Counted from the stretch's first letter, positions 1 to 12,886 are shown. The stretch is DNA of 34,384 nt from Hyphochytrium catenoides (GCA_900088475.1 FLMG01002853.1:1-34384); one strand, 5' to 3'. Notes: generated by a model not told the origin, from the sequence alone. Translations and numbers: made by a program.

Positions 1-2242
1 CCTCTTTCTCCAATGGTCTCCTTGAGACTAGTCAAGTCATCATCGGCACCGGGAAAGCTGCCTAGTGCTTTGGCAAAGTAGAACTTCTCAATCGTCTTCT
101 CCTTCATTTTGTCGTTCATTTTCCGAGCAGCCCACGAACTCTTCGCAAAGAGGACAATGCCTAAGGATATTGGATAGAGGGGGAAAAGCGCAGAACCCAA
201 AAGACGTGTAAGGTTCCTTACATGAGAGAGGTCTATACAACGAGACACTGGACGCCATAGTATCCTCGACGAGAGAAAGAGAACAAGCGGAAAAAGGGAG
301 CATGAGCATTCGTACCAGAGAACTGCTTTCAAAGTAAGAGAGAGGTCAGGGGACCTCACTACTATCCAGGGGGAACAGAGAACTAGAAAGGGTGCAAAGG
401 CAATTATGGGCAGTAGTGAAGACTTGTGCAAGAGATCCGAAAGAAAAAGGAAAGAGAACCTGACGTGAGCCTGTCCAGCCTATTGATGATATGAAGATGC
501 TCATAGTTCTCTTCTTTCCTTAAGATCCAGACCTGAAAATATGTTGACACGAGGAAGGGACAAGGGCGAGCGAGGGAAGGATCGCGTATTGAGACCGAGG
601 AGGAGACCGGAGAGGACATATCCCGCAGAAGCAGGATAATCCATAGTAATCCTTCTTTGCCGTCCCAGCCTCTCAACCGCCTGGGCAGTAGCGAAAGTGG
701 GCAGGAAGGAGCGGAGAACTCACCAACGAGTTGTACCGGTATGGCCCTCCTGGGTGGACCGGAATGGTCGCCGGTTTATTGACAATGATCTGAGCAAGGT
801 CTTGTCGTCAGAGAGCTCACGCACCCATAGGACAAATACAACAGGGCTTCATGGCACAGTGAGACAGAAGATTGTTATGTGCAACGCAGAAGCAGAGCTG
901 GCAGAAGAAAGGAGGAGCAGATGACAGGGTCTTACAAGTTCATCGGTTTCTGCGACGACTAGCTTGGTAGCGTGGCGTATGGAAGGCTCATGCCGGTGAG
1001 TCTAAAGCGAGGAAGACGACAAGCGTAAGACGCCAAAGAGAGACTAGTCAGTGACTAAAGCATCCTTTCCGTTCTATTGATCTACTGCTTTCGAAGCCAA
1101 AGGGTCGACTCTTTCGACAGGCATACACAAACTCTCTCTGTCTCTGTCGTCTTCCCTCCTTTCTCTCTCTGACTCTCTCTCTCTTACATTCTTTCTTTCT
1201 CTTTCTCTCTCTCTCTCTCTCTCTCCCTCTTTCTCTCTCTCTTTCTCTAAACAGTTGTTATCGGAGAGATCTCGCTCGAGTCACAAGGCTCTGTACCGCC
1301 ATTTTCTTCCGACACCGTGTGGTTACCTTGGTCTGTATGAGATCTTGCCGACTGATTGTTGCTGATTTATCAACAAACTTGCCATTTATTGTTACAAAGC
1401 CAGCCTCGATCAGCGTTTCCTAGGAAGATAAAGTAACGGTCAGCTCTTATTGTGAGAAAGAACGGGGTCGTAGACAGAGCATGACTATCAAGAGCGCTAG
1501 GTGATCGACACGATTTGCCTGGATATGCAGGGACGGAAAATACCCTTGGGACGCCAACGAGGGTAAAAATAAATAGACTTTCAGCATTGGAGACAGGGGA
1601 TAGCATGGGACGGAGGAGGAAGGTTAGAAGAAGAACAACCGACCTAACAAGGACAAAAGGTACCATACATGGTAAGAGAGAAAGTGGCACAAAGTGAGAG
1701 AAAACTTGCGCGGAAGTAAGAGAGAGAGAGAGAGAGAGATTTCAGAGACACGGAGAGGGAGAAGGAGAGAGCGCGAAGTGAGAGAGCGCGAAGTACCACG
1801 AGTTAAGAGCCCCGGAGTAGGGGCACGAGAGAAGAGGATGGACGAAAAGAAGACAGGTCACGTACATAGTAACGCTTGCTATAGCCTCCAAACTCATCGA
1901 CAAAGATGTCAAGCACAGATTTGTGGAACCATCGCTCCTTAGCATGAGACTGGAATGTATACGTGTACGGAACCACGTGCCGCATCCCTAACGACAGTAT
2001 TAGGGCAAGCCGCAGGAGCCAGAAGAAGAGGAAGGAAGCGAGGATGAGGGATCCAGATAGCGAGAGGTTATGAGCCGGCCTATAATAGAGACTTGAGGCT
2101 GAGGGCGTGAGACGGTGAGAGAATAGAGGGAGAAAGAGAGAAACTGAGAGAGAGAGGAAAGGAGACATAATAAGGGGAAGTTGAGGCTTGAGGTTGAAGT
2201 TGAGGTACAGAGAGAGAGAGAGAGAGAGAGGGTGAGAGAGGC

Positions 2243-2276
<34 letters not shown>

Positions 2277-2843
2277 GGAGAGAGAGAGATTTTGGGACGA
2301 CCCAGCAAGTAAACAAGGTAAGGAGAACTGACAAGAGAGAGACCGTGAGCGCAGACGGAGAGACATGCAAGCAACGCAAGCCCGAGGCGGATCTCGAGGA
2401 GGGCAGAAGCACGAGAGATAAACCCGCCGCAGAACGTCCGTTAGCTAGCAGCACCTCAGTGACCTACCATCTTTGATCTCATAGCTTGTCTCTTCGAAAT
2501 TGTTCAGCTCTCGCTTCCGTTGCCCTTGCGCTCGACCGTTAGCTTTCCGCCGGCGAGGGTGGCCATCTGTCTCTTCTCCCTCTCTTTTCCTCTCTGACGT
2601 CGCTGCATCTTCTTTTTTCTCTTGTCCTAGAACAGGAGGCGCTGTAATGGCATCGCTGCCATCGGGAAGCTTTGCTCGTTTCATGGCTTGCTCCTCTCTC
2701 TTCTCCTGGGAGCTTTCGGCGTCCTGGTCGGGTCCTTGCCCTGGCTGCTCTCCCAGGAGTACACTTACTGGCGCCGAGGAGGACGGAGACGAAGGCGTAG
2801 GAGCGCCAGAGGGGACGCTTGCCTTGCCTTCAGGATCCATCAT
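1..2843 (-). CDS. RPUSD2: RluA-family pseudouridine synthase, RPUSD2/Pus9/Rib2-like (3' end runs off the window)
   Basis: Phase-consistent GT-AG exons 2843-2468, 1987-1866, 1419-1327, 1001-936, 789-724, 532-460 and 160-<1. They give GMRHVVPYTYTFQSHAKERWF, the S4-like EAGFVTINGK..THRHEP, motif I VNKPATIPVHPGG, catalytic motif II NRLDRLTSGIVLFAK, and KFYFAKALGSFP. Confidence 0.9.
1130..1248. repeat. CT-rich microsatellite in RPUSD2 intron
   Basis: Imperfect (CT)n tract seen directly. Confidence 0.9.
2209..2289. repeat. (GA)n microsatellite in RPUSD2 intron 1
   Basis: Imperfect (AG)n tract seen directly. Confidence 0.9.
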
Positions 2844-3221
2844 GCCTGTTGCACTGCTGTGCTAGAGAGGGCGAGGTATGGCAGAGACTGTGGTTGCCTT
2901 ACACTGGACTGGTTCGCTTGCCGACGGTACCCCTGCTATCCCCGTCAGGTCTTCCTCGTTTGATCACTCTCTCTCCCACTCTCTCCAATACTTTGCTGTC
3001 TCTCTCTCTCTCTCTCTTCTCTTGCTGTCGCTTGCTGCTACTTCGCTTGGGGTTCGTCAGTCTGTCTCTGATGCTCTTTCACTCCTTTCCTGGCTCCTCC
3101 TTCCCTTCTGCTGCCTCATCACTCAGAGCGGGGTCCCTGTTCTGATGGTTTTATTGTTGGTCCATCGCTGCTGATCGGCCAGTGAGGACCCAGCCGCTAA
3201 CGGTCTGTAGGGTATCTGTCA

Positions 3222-3660
3222 TTTCTTTCTCTTTCTCTTTCTCTCTCTCTGTCTTTCTCTTTCTCCTTCTCTTTCTCTTTCTCTTTCTCTTTCTCCTTCT
3301 CCTTCTCTTTCTCTTTCTCTCTCTCTCTCTCTCTACTCTCTACTCTCTCTCTCCCTCTCTCTACACTCTCTCTCTCTCTCTCCCTCTCCTTTTCTAGTTC
3401 AACCTTCCTGGCTCTTTCGCTCTCCACCTCCCTTCATCTCTCTCTGTTGCTCTCTGTTCTCTACTGTTCTTCTTCTCTCTGCTTCCTTCCTCTTCCTTGT
3501 AGGAAGCTTATCTCGTACAATTTCTCTCCTCCTCTCTCTCTCCCGCTATATCAAATTCTCTCCAACCAGCTTCTCTGGCTAGTCCTCCTCTCTCTTCTCT
3601 CTCTCTCTCTGTCTCTCTCTTTCTTTCTCTGTGCCTCTCTCCCTTCCTCTCTCTTCCCTT
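3222..3660. repeat. Long polypyrimidine/(CT)n low-complexity tract in the divergent RPUSD2-CobW intergenic region
   Basis: CTCTTT and CT repeats. They account for the spurious EKEK and SLSL ORFs. Confidence 0.9.
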
Positions 3661-3850
3661 GAACCCACCTCATCACTCTCCCGCGCTTCCCCTGTTCTCC
3701 ACCTTCACAGCACGGACCGCAGGCTAAAGTGAAGAACTGTTCGAGCAGAAGCAGGAGAGACAGAGAGGGAAAATTTTTTAGAGACACGAGAGGAGGAGAC
3801 GGAGGAAGAGACGAAACAAGAAGCCTAAGCAGAGTAAAGAGCAGTGGAGA

Positions 3851-3950
3851 AGGGAGAAGAGGCAATAGCAGCCGAGAGAGAGAGACACAGCGTAAGGAGA
3901 GAGGGAGAAGAGGCAATAGCAACGGAGAGAAAGAGACACAGCGCAGAGAG
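3851..3950. repeat. Two-copy degenerate tandem repeat, ~51-bp unit, just upstream of the CobW ATG
   Basis: AGGGAGAAGAGGCAATAGCA...AGAGACACAGCG at 3851 and again at 3902. Confidence 0.8.
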
Positions 3951-3989
3951 AAAGAGAGAGAAAGGGAGAAAGAGCGAGAGAGGGGAAGG

Positions 3990-4415
3990 ATGGCAGAGAC
4001 GACGAATCTGTTCTTGAACTATGAGAACTCTGTCCTCAGCCGCGATCAGATGACGCGGATCCTTCCCATCACAGGTGCGACCCTTAGCTTCCTGGCCAGC
4101 AAGTCAACTCTTCCCCTGTCATTCACCCTCTCTTCCTACGAGCAACTGTTTGGGTCTCTCCCTCTCACTGTCTCTTTCCCTTTCCTCCTCAATATCCTTT
4201 CTCTCGCTTACCTGTCTCTGTCTCTATTCCTCTCTTTCTCCATCTGCCTGTCTTGCTTCTCTTTGTCAGTCTTTCGCCCTTTAGCATCCCTCGCTTTCTT
4301 CCTTTTCTCTCTCTCTTTCTCTCTCTCTCTCTGTCTCTCCGTCTCTCTTTTTCTCTCTCTCACACACTTCCTCTTTCATGCTTCTCTCTATCACTCGCTC
4401 TTCCCCTCTCTACAA

Positions 4416-4461
<46 letters not shown>

Positions 4462-6755
4462 GTCACTCTGTCGACCCTCTTCTCATCACATTGTACATCT
4501 CTCTCTCTCTCTCTCTCCCACTGGGCCCCGTTGCCTGTGTCTCCCCATCGTGCAGTGGTAACAGGATTCCTGGGCGCGGGCAAGACAACATTGCTGAAGA
4601 ATATCTACAAGGCAAAGCTCAACCTCAGAATTGTCTGCACAGTCAACGACTTTGCAAAGCTCAACATTGATCACGCGGCTCTCAAGAAGTGCGCCGCTAC
4701 TGCTGCGTCTCTCTCTCCCTCTCCTTTCCCTCTTCCGCATCCAATCGTGAGAGACACGGAGCCCAAGCACGAAGAGAGAGAAACCGAGCGGGGAGACGTA
4801 GTTGGGATCTCTGACGGCTGCGTCTGCTGCTCGAAGTTAGAGGCGTTCAAGGCCACAGTGTGGGACTTTCTCTCCTCAGACGAGCTGGTAACTGAGAACA
4901 TTGACTTCTTCATTCTTGAGACCAGTGGCGTCAGCGAGCCCGTCTCTCTCATAGAAACTCTAGGACAACGCTTTGGCAAGATGACACGAGCCAGGTTGGA
5001 CGCGATCATTGCCGTCATTGACAGTGACTATCTGCTTTCAAGGCTGGACGAAGAGGAGAGGCGGCGGAACTCGATGGAGGAGAGAGAAGAAGGAGAGGAG
5101 CAGGGAAAGACTGAGAAGGAGAGAAATGAGCAGCTGTTAACAATGATTGAGCAGATGAAGAATGCTGACGTCGTACTGCTAAATAAACGGGACCTGGTGC
5201 CAGAGGAGAGGTACATCTCTCTCGCACTCTCCTCTCGGTCTCTCTCTCTCCCACACACACTCTCTCTCTTCTTCGCCGTGTCTAGCCTTCTCTTCTTTGC
5301 TTCAATATCTCCCTTCTCATCTCAAGAGCAGGCTTTGGCTTCGGAAGTCACATCCTAGGAGGAGCTCGGAAAGCTCCTGAGTGGTGTTTCTTTGATCAGT
5401 GGTCTTCTACGGTTGAGCGTCACCTTTTGACTTTCCGCTTCTCTCTCTCTCCCCCCACTCCCTCCTCCCTCGCTATCTTTTTCTAACTCTTCCGATGTTT
5501 GTCCTCGTTTCTTCGAACCGCTCTTCAATAGGAGAGAAGCCCTCTTGGAGAAAGTGAAGGGCTGGTGTCGAGAAGGCGCGAGGATCTACGAGACCGAGTA
5601 CTGTCAGCTCCCTCTTCCTTGCCTCCTAGAGGTGGATGTGGCTGAAACTTGCTCGGAGGTCGTCTGCCATGAGAAAGGACTGAGCCAGGCATTTATCCCC
5701 AAGAACAGAGGCGTGAGACTCGGTGAGAAGAAGAAAGCAGGAGAGAAGAGGACGTATGGGAGAAGGGAAGAGCATATTGTCTCTTCGAGAGTATCATCAG
5801 TCACCTTCCAGAGCACCTCAGGCTTGTCACTGCCAAGGTTCCAGCGGTGGCTGCGGTCAGAGGCCCTCAACACAATCATCAGAATGAAAGGTGAGCTCCT
5901 TGCACGACTCAACAAGGGAACAGCCCTAGACCTTATGGAGGGGACACGACGATGAAAAGAGGTATCAGGGGGTTAAAGGGACGATTAAGAGCTATGGGCC
6001 GACGCGCATGTCTTCTTCTGACAGACAGCTGAGTCACTGGGTGGGACAAAGAGAACAGCGAAGAAGAGAAGAAGGAGAAGAGATACGGAGATAATAGCAC
6101 TCACCCTCCGCTTCTTTCAACTTTATCTGTCGAAATCTCAGGATATCTCTATTTTCAAGAAGATTCAAGCGAACGATATGAGTTCCATCTTAGCGGGAAT
6201 AAACGGATGGAACTTGCTCCAGACGGACGCTGGCTGGGCCCTCCCTCTGTTCAGCTCGTCATTATAGGTCAGGCTCTAGACGAGCAAGCCCTTCAAGAAC
6301 AGCTGATGGCTTGCTGCCAAGAAAGTGAGGTCCCGTCCTCAGCAATTTCTATCGCCTCTCGAGTCCTTGCTTCTGACCACGCAGAAAAGCGGGTCCTCCG
6401 TTTGCGCAGTGTAAGTGGAGGAGGAGGATTGGGAGAACTTGAGCTAGTCTTTCCCGCCCATGGCTCCCTCACACACGAGGAGTTGCGGATGTCACACGGT
6501 ATCAACTTCAAGAGCCTTACGTCTCAGTTTATAAGCAGAGTCCACTTGTCAGGTTCTGGCTTTCTCCTGCTCCCACACTGCAAAGATGAACAAGTAGGAA
6601 GGGGAAGCACAGTACGGGAAAGTGAAGAGGCGCACCTATGTCTTCGCTTTGCAATGACAGACGAGGAAGAACAGTATTTGGTTTACATGCATGAAGCAAC
6701 GGAGATTGTCAATAGGTACCTAAAGGGGCTTAGCCTTTGCAGGTGTGGAGCCTAG
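3990..6755 (+). CDS. CobW/COG0523 (G3E family) P-loop GTPase, putative metallochaperone, ~570 aa
   Basis: Exons 3990-4074, 4556-5210, 5532-5890 and 6142-6755, all in phase. Motifs: ILPITVVTGFLGAGKTT (Walker A), VNDF, GCVCC (CxCC), LETSGVSEP, LLNKRDLV, and CobW_C RMKGYLYF...FHLSGNKR...QLVIIGQALD. Confidence 0.92.
4300..4518. repeat. (CT)n microsatellite in CobW intron 1
   Basis: Seen directly. Confidence 0.9.
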
Positions 6756-7047
6756 AACAAGCTTCTACTCACTTAGAAAGAAATCCCTACGGCAACAGGA
6801 AACATCTGAAAGAACTCTAGACGCAAGGGTAATGCAGTGGACCATCAAGCTTACAGCATTGACGCAGGAGAAGACGTGTTAACATATACAAAAGGCTCAG
6901 ACAACCCTTAGCTTGTCAGCGGCAAAAGGTGATAGCAACGCAAGCAACCCTACGTCCAATCAAAAGCGACAGTGCTTGTTGGCAGAGGAAAAGGAGAAGC
7001 GAGACAATGTGACGAAATGGTGACTCCTGCAGTGTCTTTCTCTAGAG

Positions 7048-10000
7048 TCATAGAACTTGTACTGTCTTGTTAGGCTTCATAGCCACCGTACTATGTATGT
7101 CCCTTCCTGTCGGCCTCCAACACGGAAGTAGCCTTTGGGGAATGCTTACTCGGCATCCGACATCCCTCCAGTGGATCTGCACTTGGTGTAGGTAAATCGC
7201 AAGAAGCTCGACAGCAGCCAACGCCGCAAGATTTACTAGTGAGAGAATCAGAAGGGTCAGCCTCTGTCCCCAAGTCAAAGGCTCCAATTCCAACCAGGAG
7301 CTCGCCCATGAAGGCGGACTCAACAGGATGACGTAGCACACGATTGTCAAAAGTAAAGTCGTCCCCAGGAGAGGCAAGTTGTTGAGGATGCTTTTCCTAT
7401 AGGGAAAGCCGGAGTTAAACGCGAGGTTTGTCCAGATATATTGGAAGTTGACAAAGAGAAACACCATGGTGCACAGAGAGTGGCGGACAATAAGGTCATC
7501 CCCTGGCTTCCTCTCTCGAAGGACAGTCTCCTCTCCTGCGTTCATAACACAGAGCATCTGACAGAGAAGGTTGCAGACGAGCGTGCCAATCGTAGAGACA
7601 ACGACTGAGAGCTCAAAGAGAGAAGAAGGAGGAGGGAGAGGCTTGAGCTTCTCCGCTGGGGGCGTCCTCCCCATGAAGATAGCGAGAGGATAGATAAGCA
7701 GTAAATCTATGAAAAGAAACTGGAGGTCTCCGTAGATTGCCCCGTGATAATAGAGGAACAGAACTGACGAGAACTCTATCCAGGAATAGAGTACCATAAA
7801 CTTGAAACAAGCGATGGAAGAGGCAGAGCTGCATCTTCCTTCCTCTATGACAGCCCTGATAGACTGTATAGAGGTGTACTGCGATGTAAATGGCGCGGCA
7901 ATGGAGGCAGCAAGCTCACCCTCAGCGCTAGACTCGTTGTATAAAGAGACTCCTATGCGTGCCTCCTGCAGGGCTCCGGCGTCATTAGCACCGTCTCCAC
8001 ACATAGCCGTTCTTGCGTGGAGCTCTACCTCAAGGCTGCGCATCAGAGCTTTCTTATCCGCAGCAGACATCCGAGCAAAGACGTGGCAGGAACGAAGAAT
8101 GTTCCTTCTAAGAGTCTCAAGCTCGTCAGAGTTCTCAGAAGCTAGAAATGAAGGGTATGTGACTGCCTTGGCAAGAGGAATGGGAGCTAAAAGCTTGCGA
8201 AATGCCGCTCCTGTTATCACCGAGGACCACTGAGCATCAGTTTCCGACTGCTCTGGACTGACCACAGCTAACGGCAACTCCGCGCTCTCAAGGTCACTTG
8301 CAGCAGGATCAGTTCCTGATGTCTGCGGATTGCCGGCCAGGCGGTGGATGGCCGTAGCCGCCGACATCTCTTGGGAATTGAGGGCGTCCACAAATTTGAG
8401 AGAGCCTGTAGAGCTATTGACATCCACGATGAGGCAGCGGCCGCTTGGGTTCATTATCGCTGTCATCTTAGCTACTGAGAGAGCGGTCCGCACGTGGTCA
8501 CCAGTGACCATGAGGCACTTCAGCTTCGCCTGACCCAGCAGATTATTTATTACTCGGGTCGTGTCGGGCTTTAGTTTGTTCTCCAAGATCTTTGCAATAA
8601 AGAGAGAAAGCAAGTAAGTACGCGTGAGTCAGAGAACAGTGGAGAAGCATCGTGTCCAAAGAGATAATTGAGGAGGGACAGACTACTTAGGAAGAGCTTT
8701 AAGAGTTTGAATAGAATATCAGAACAAGAAGACATAGAGTTCAGGAGTCTTCAAACGAGGGACGAGGAGGAATTCGCATTCTTTGTCGCAATGACTTACC
8801 ACCAGACCCTCAAAGGTCAGATCCTTCTCCAGCTGTGGCCTCTTCAAATTCATGACACTTTCAGTCTTAGGAATATCTCTAGACGCCAAGCCAAGGAGCC
8901 TGAAGCCCTGAATCCCAAGCTTGTCAAGGACCTCAAAGAAATCACGGGGAAGAGACTTTGGGAGACAACAACGTGAAAGAACCTCAGGCGCTCCTTTAAC
9001 GTATAGCTTCCAGCTTGTCTCCTCCTCAGGACCGTCGCGAGCTCGCTCTGTTAGGACACTCATCCGTGCAAGCTCCGAGGAGAAATCAAATACTCTCTTT
9101 ACCACAATCTGCCCTCCTCCAAGCGGGTGGCTAATCTTCATTACACAGTCCTCCTCCCGCTCCTGCTCCAGCTCGGCCATATGAAAGCCAGAAACCTCAA
9201 ATAATCGAAGATCCACTTCATCTCCTAGGAGCCGACCGTCCGCCGTCCGAATGAGGGAGTGGCAGCAACCCATAATCGTCGCGATACTTTGAGGAAGCGC
9301 AGCAGCCACGGGGCTAAGCGGTTCCAAAAAGGAGGCTGTCTTGCATTGGATTGGAATGGAAGGAAACGAAGAGCAGGGCAGGATTTGATGGACCTCTAAG
9401 CCCAGTTCTGTCAGCGTGCCAGTCTTATCGAAGCAGAGTGTATCCACTGTGCTTGCTTTGGTGATGGCTTCTGGGTCAGTGCAAATAATCCTTCGAGCGC
9501 GAAGACGATGAACCGCAAATACTATACCAAAGGTGACCGCAGCCGGAAGAGCAGGTGGAACTATGGTCGTGAGAAGGTCTAGGCCGTATATAGTTCCTCT
9601 CCAAATGGGCAAGTCCTGAAGAATAAAAAGAGTAACGACGACACCTATCAAACCTACCCAAAACATCGCAAAGAGACAGGCAATTGCATCCTTCTCGAGC
9701 TGCTCCCTGTCTCCCTTCTTACTTCCCTTTGACGTCGACTTTAGTATGATTCCTTTCAAGANNNNNNNNNNNNNNNNNNNNNNNNNNNNNNNNNNNNNNN
9801 NNNNNNNNNCAGCGGCAGAGATTAGCGTCGTCTCGGTACCACTTTCCGTGAGGAAAGAGGGAGACATGTACCAGGGATACTTCCTGACAGGGGAAGACTC
9901 TCCTGTCAGTGAAGCCTCATTGAGGACAGCGATGCCATCTATTAGCGTGGCATCGCACGGGAGTTTGACGTCCTCAGAAAGAATGAGAAGATCACCAGGA

Positions 10001-11412
10001 ACTACTTCATGTGAAGAGACACTGAAGATAGTCCCCTCTCTGCTAACCTTCACTAAGGAAGAAGCGTTAGTCAACCCTGCCAGTCTCTTCCGATTATTGT
10101 GCAGTTCTGTTGCCTCATTCCATGAGGAAGAGAGGAGGATGGTCAAGATAGTTACCGCGTAGAACCAATACGCCTCATAGATCCACAGACCGATTGAAAA
10201 GATCTGAAATGCGAAGAATGGATGGCTCACTTCGTCCAGAAAGAGAGAGAAGACAGAGGGCACATCAACTGGGATGGCGTTTCGTCCAAATAGCGAAAGA
10301 CGGAGCCGCGCTTCTTGGTGGGTGAGTCCCTGGAACTCCTTTCTCCTTAAAAAGCCAGTCGATGGGTCTACCTCTTGGTGATAGAAGTCGGACAGAGAAG
10401 GAGTAAGAGACTTCTTCATTCTGACAAGAACTCGTTTCTTCTTCCTTGCCCTTGGGCTCCCTCCCTCATTAGCGGTATACTCTAGAAGGCAATATCGGCG
10501 AAACTGGAACTCAACCATCCAGCAAGAGCGTCTACTAGGGTCCTGTGGGGTCAAAGAGGAGAGACCAACGAGGTAGATGAGGAGGGAACTTGTTGTTAAA
10601 AGATGAACTTGTCGTTTAAGGGTGGCCAACGTGGATCAAGCGACAGAGGCTAAGAAAGAGGCCGTAATGGCTCTTGCGGACTGATGACAATTACGAAGCT
10701 TGCCGGGGCCAGAAGACATAGTCACAAAGCAAAACGTGAGATGACAAGAGAAGAAGGACCACGAAGTATGAAAAATCATAAACGAAAAGAGAGACAGACA
10801 GGCAGGCGGACAGACAGAGAGGCGCAAAGAGCAGCAGAAGACCGTTGGTCCTCTAGTTAACCACTAAGATACTTCACTCACCGCCTCAAGCGCTTGGATC
10901 ACACTGGCCCCACATGGGACCTCGGTAAACTTGCCTAGGTTTGCACTTAAGAACTCTACTTCTGAGTCTGATAGCTGATGGCACTCTGAAGCTTGCACCC
11001 ACTGCCCATCGCTTAGTCGAAAGATCAGAACATCTTTCTCCGTTATCTCTTTTGCAACCCGGTGTTGGCAGCGGAGAACGCTGCGCCTGTCACGGGTGAA
11101 GCATATGGGGAGGCCTATAAGAGAGAGTGAGAAAAGAGAGAACGCGATGGCTTTGCTCTTGCTGGGTCGATAGATTTCCATCTCCTCCACCTGCTCTTCA
11201 GCCACATCTGTCCCTTTCTTTTCCCTAATGTCATTCCGTCCCGCTCTGTCTAGCACCTCTAGCGGCGCGTATTCGACCTCTTCCATGGCTCCTTCTGGCT
11301 GCTGAGAGAGAAAGACTTCGTGCTCTGACTCTCTGCCTTCAGCGGGCATCCAGATGGCGTCCTTCTTGATGACGTCTGAAGCTAGGAGTGGGTCATACAA
11401 AGCTTCTGACAT
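7048..11412 (-). CDS. P5B-type P-type ATPase (ATP13A2/ATP13A3/Ypk9-like putative polyamine transporter), ~1270 aa
   Basis: Exons 11412-10882, 10542-8800 (contains an N gap) and 8589-7048. Motifs: LTGES, PPALP (P5B signature), CFDKTGTLT (phosphorylated Asp), KGAPE, MVTGDH, MCGDGAND, YGDLQFLFIDL. The true start is uncertain; further 5' exons are possible. Confidence 0.93.
9762..9809. other. Assembly gap inside ATPase exon 2
   Basis: Run of N. The frame is preserved across it. Confidence 0.99.
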
Positions 11413-11556
11413 TTCCCCATTGAACTCCTTAAAGTTGGAGCTCTCCGAGCTCTAAACATAAAGCAAATAGATCTAGGAAAGAAAGGTAGACCTCTTGATC
11501 AGGAATGCGGCCCCAGAGTGGTGTTTCGAGGTGAGAAGAGATAGAGACAGTGTTTG

Positions 11557-11565
11557 AAAGAAGCA

Positions 11566-11597
<32 letters not shown>

Positions 11598-11720
11598 NNN
11601 NNNNNNNNNNNNNNNNNNNNNNNNNNNNNNNNNNNNNNNNNNNNNNAGAGAGAGAGAGAGAGAGAGAAAAGAAGCAAGAGAGAGAGAGAGAGAGAGAGAA
11701 AAGAAGCAAGAGAGAGAGAA
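11557..11720. repeat. (GA)n tract with repeated AAAGAAGCAAG unit, spanning N gap 11598-11646
   Basis: Three copies of AAAGAAGCAAG separated by (AG)n. Confidence 0.85.
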
Positions 11721-12584
11721 GGAAGGAGAAAAAGCAGGAACCACTAAACTATGCTAAGGTGGATGGTCGGGTGTAGGCTGCTTCTCGTAGAATCACAACG
11801 GATCACACTAGGGAGAGACGAGAGGGCACGCGGATCGAAGGGAAGAGAGAGAGGCGACCGAAAGGGAGACAGAAGAAGTATGAGAGGGAGGGAAGGGAGA
11901 GAGAAGAAGGATGCCGAGACTGAGAGCAGGAAGCGCACTCGAGACGACCCTTGGGGCCCAGGCAGACCTAGCGACTGTCTACTTGTCTGTACAGTCTGAG
12001 TCCCTGCTGCTGTCCTTCTACCTCCTTCTCCTTCTCTCGCCGTCACACAGTCCCGGAGAGCTAGCTACAGGCCCTTGGGGTTGCCAAGGAAGATGGGGAA
12101 GATCTGTGAAGGCGTTGGGGCCGAGGTGATTCGTGCTTTTCTGAGTCTTCTGCAAGCAGGAGTGCAAGTGCGGGGGCTGTTACTGCGAGAGACGGCGGCA
12201 AAACTGGCAGGAGAGAGAGAAACGGGATCGGGAAGAAGACAGAGCGTAGCGAGAGAGAGGAGAGAGGAGTATAAACAGAGGGAAGAGACAGACAGAGAGA
12301 GAGAGAGAGTGACAACTACACCGAGGGAGAGATAATCAAACAGGACATCATCAAATCAGTTACTAGTTTAAGCATGGTTGCTAACGGCCATCTTCGCTGT
12401 GGACCGTGATGGCAGTAGTAATATGGGCTCTTGCTCTCACTTAAGCTGTAATGGGATAGGAATAATAATACGAGACCAGGGGGAGGACTCTGGATGGTCT
12501 GCGTTCTTGTCTGTGCTTCTGATGTCAGAGTTGGTTGGTCTGCCACTTCCATCCTTCGAAGCGCCAGACAGGGAGAGAAAGGGG

Positions 12585-12737
12585 NNNNNNNNNNNNNNNN
12601 NNNNNNNNNNNNNNGAGAGAGAGAGAGAGAGAGAATGAGAGAGTGATATATATATATAGAGAGAGAGAGAGGGAAAGACAAAGAGAGTGAGAGAGAGAGA
12701 GAGGGAAAGACAAAGAGAGTGGCAGAGAGAGAGAGAG
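12585..12737. repeat. N gap followed by (GA)n/(TA)n tract and duplicated GAGGGAAAGACAAAGAGAGTG upstream of HCCS
   Basis: Seen directly. Confidence 0.85.
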
Positions 12738-12886
12738 TGAAGAGTGAAGAGTCAGCATTGAGCTTCAGCTTCTGCACCACTGACATCGGCATTTGAAGTT
12801 TGAAGCTTGGCTGTCACGCTAATCGCAAAACTTAAGCAGAGAAGGATTATTTTTGACTGAGTGCCCTTACCAAGCGCTTCGCAGCG

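Noticed and set aside
3182-4670. Long ORFs rich in SLSL or ERER (also at 1803-2454, 11429-12792, 20724-21179)
   Set aside because: They are translations of CT/GA microsatellites in introns or intergenic DNA. Only the embedded true exons were kept.
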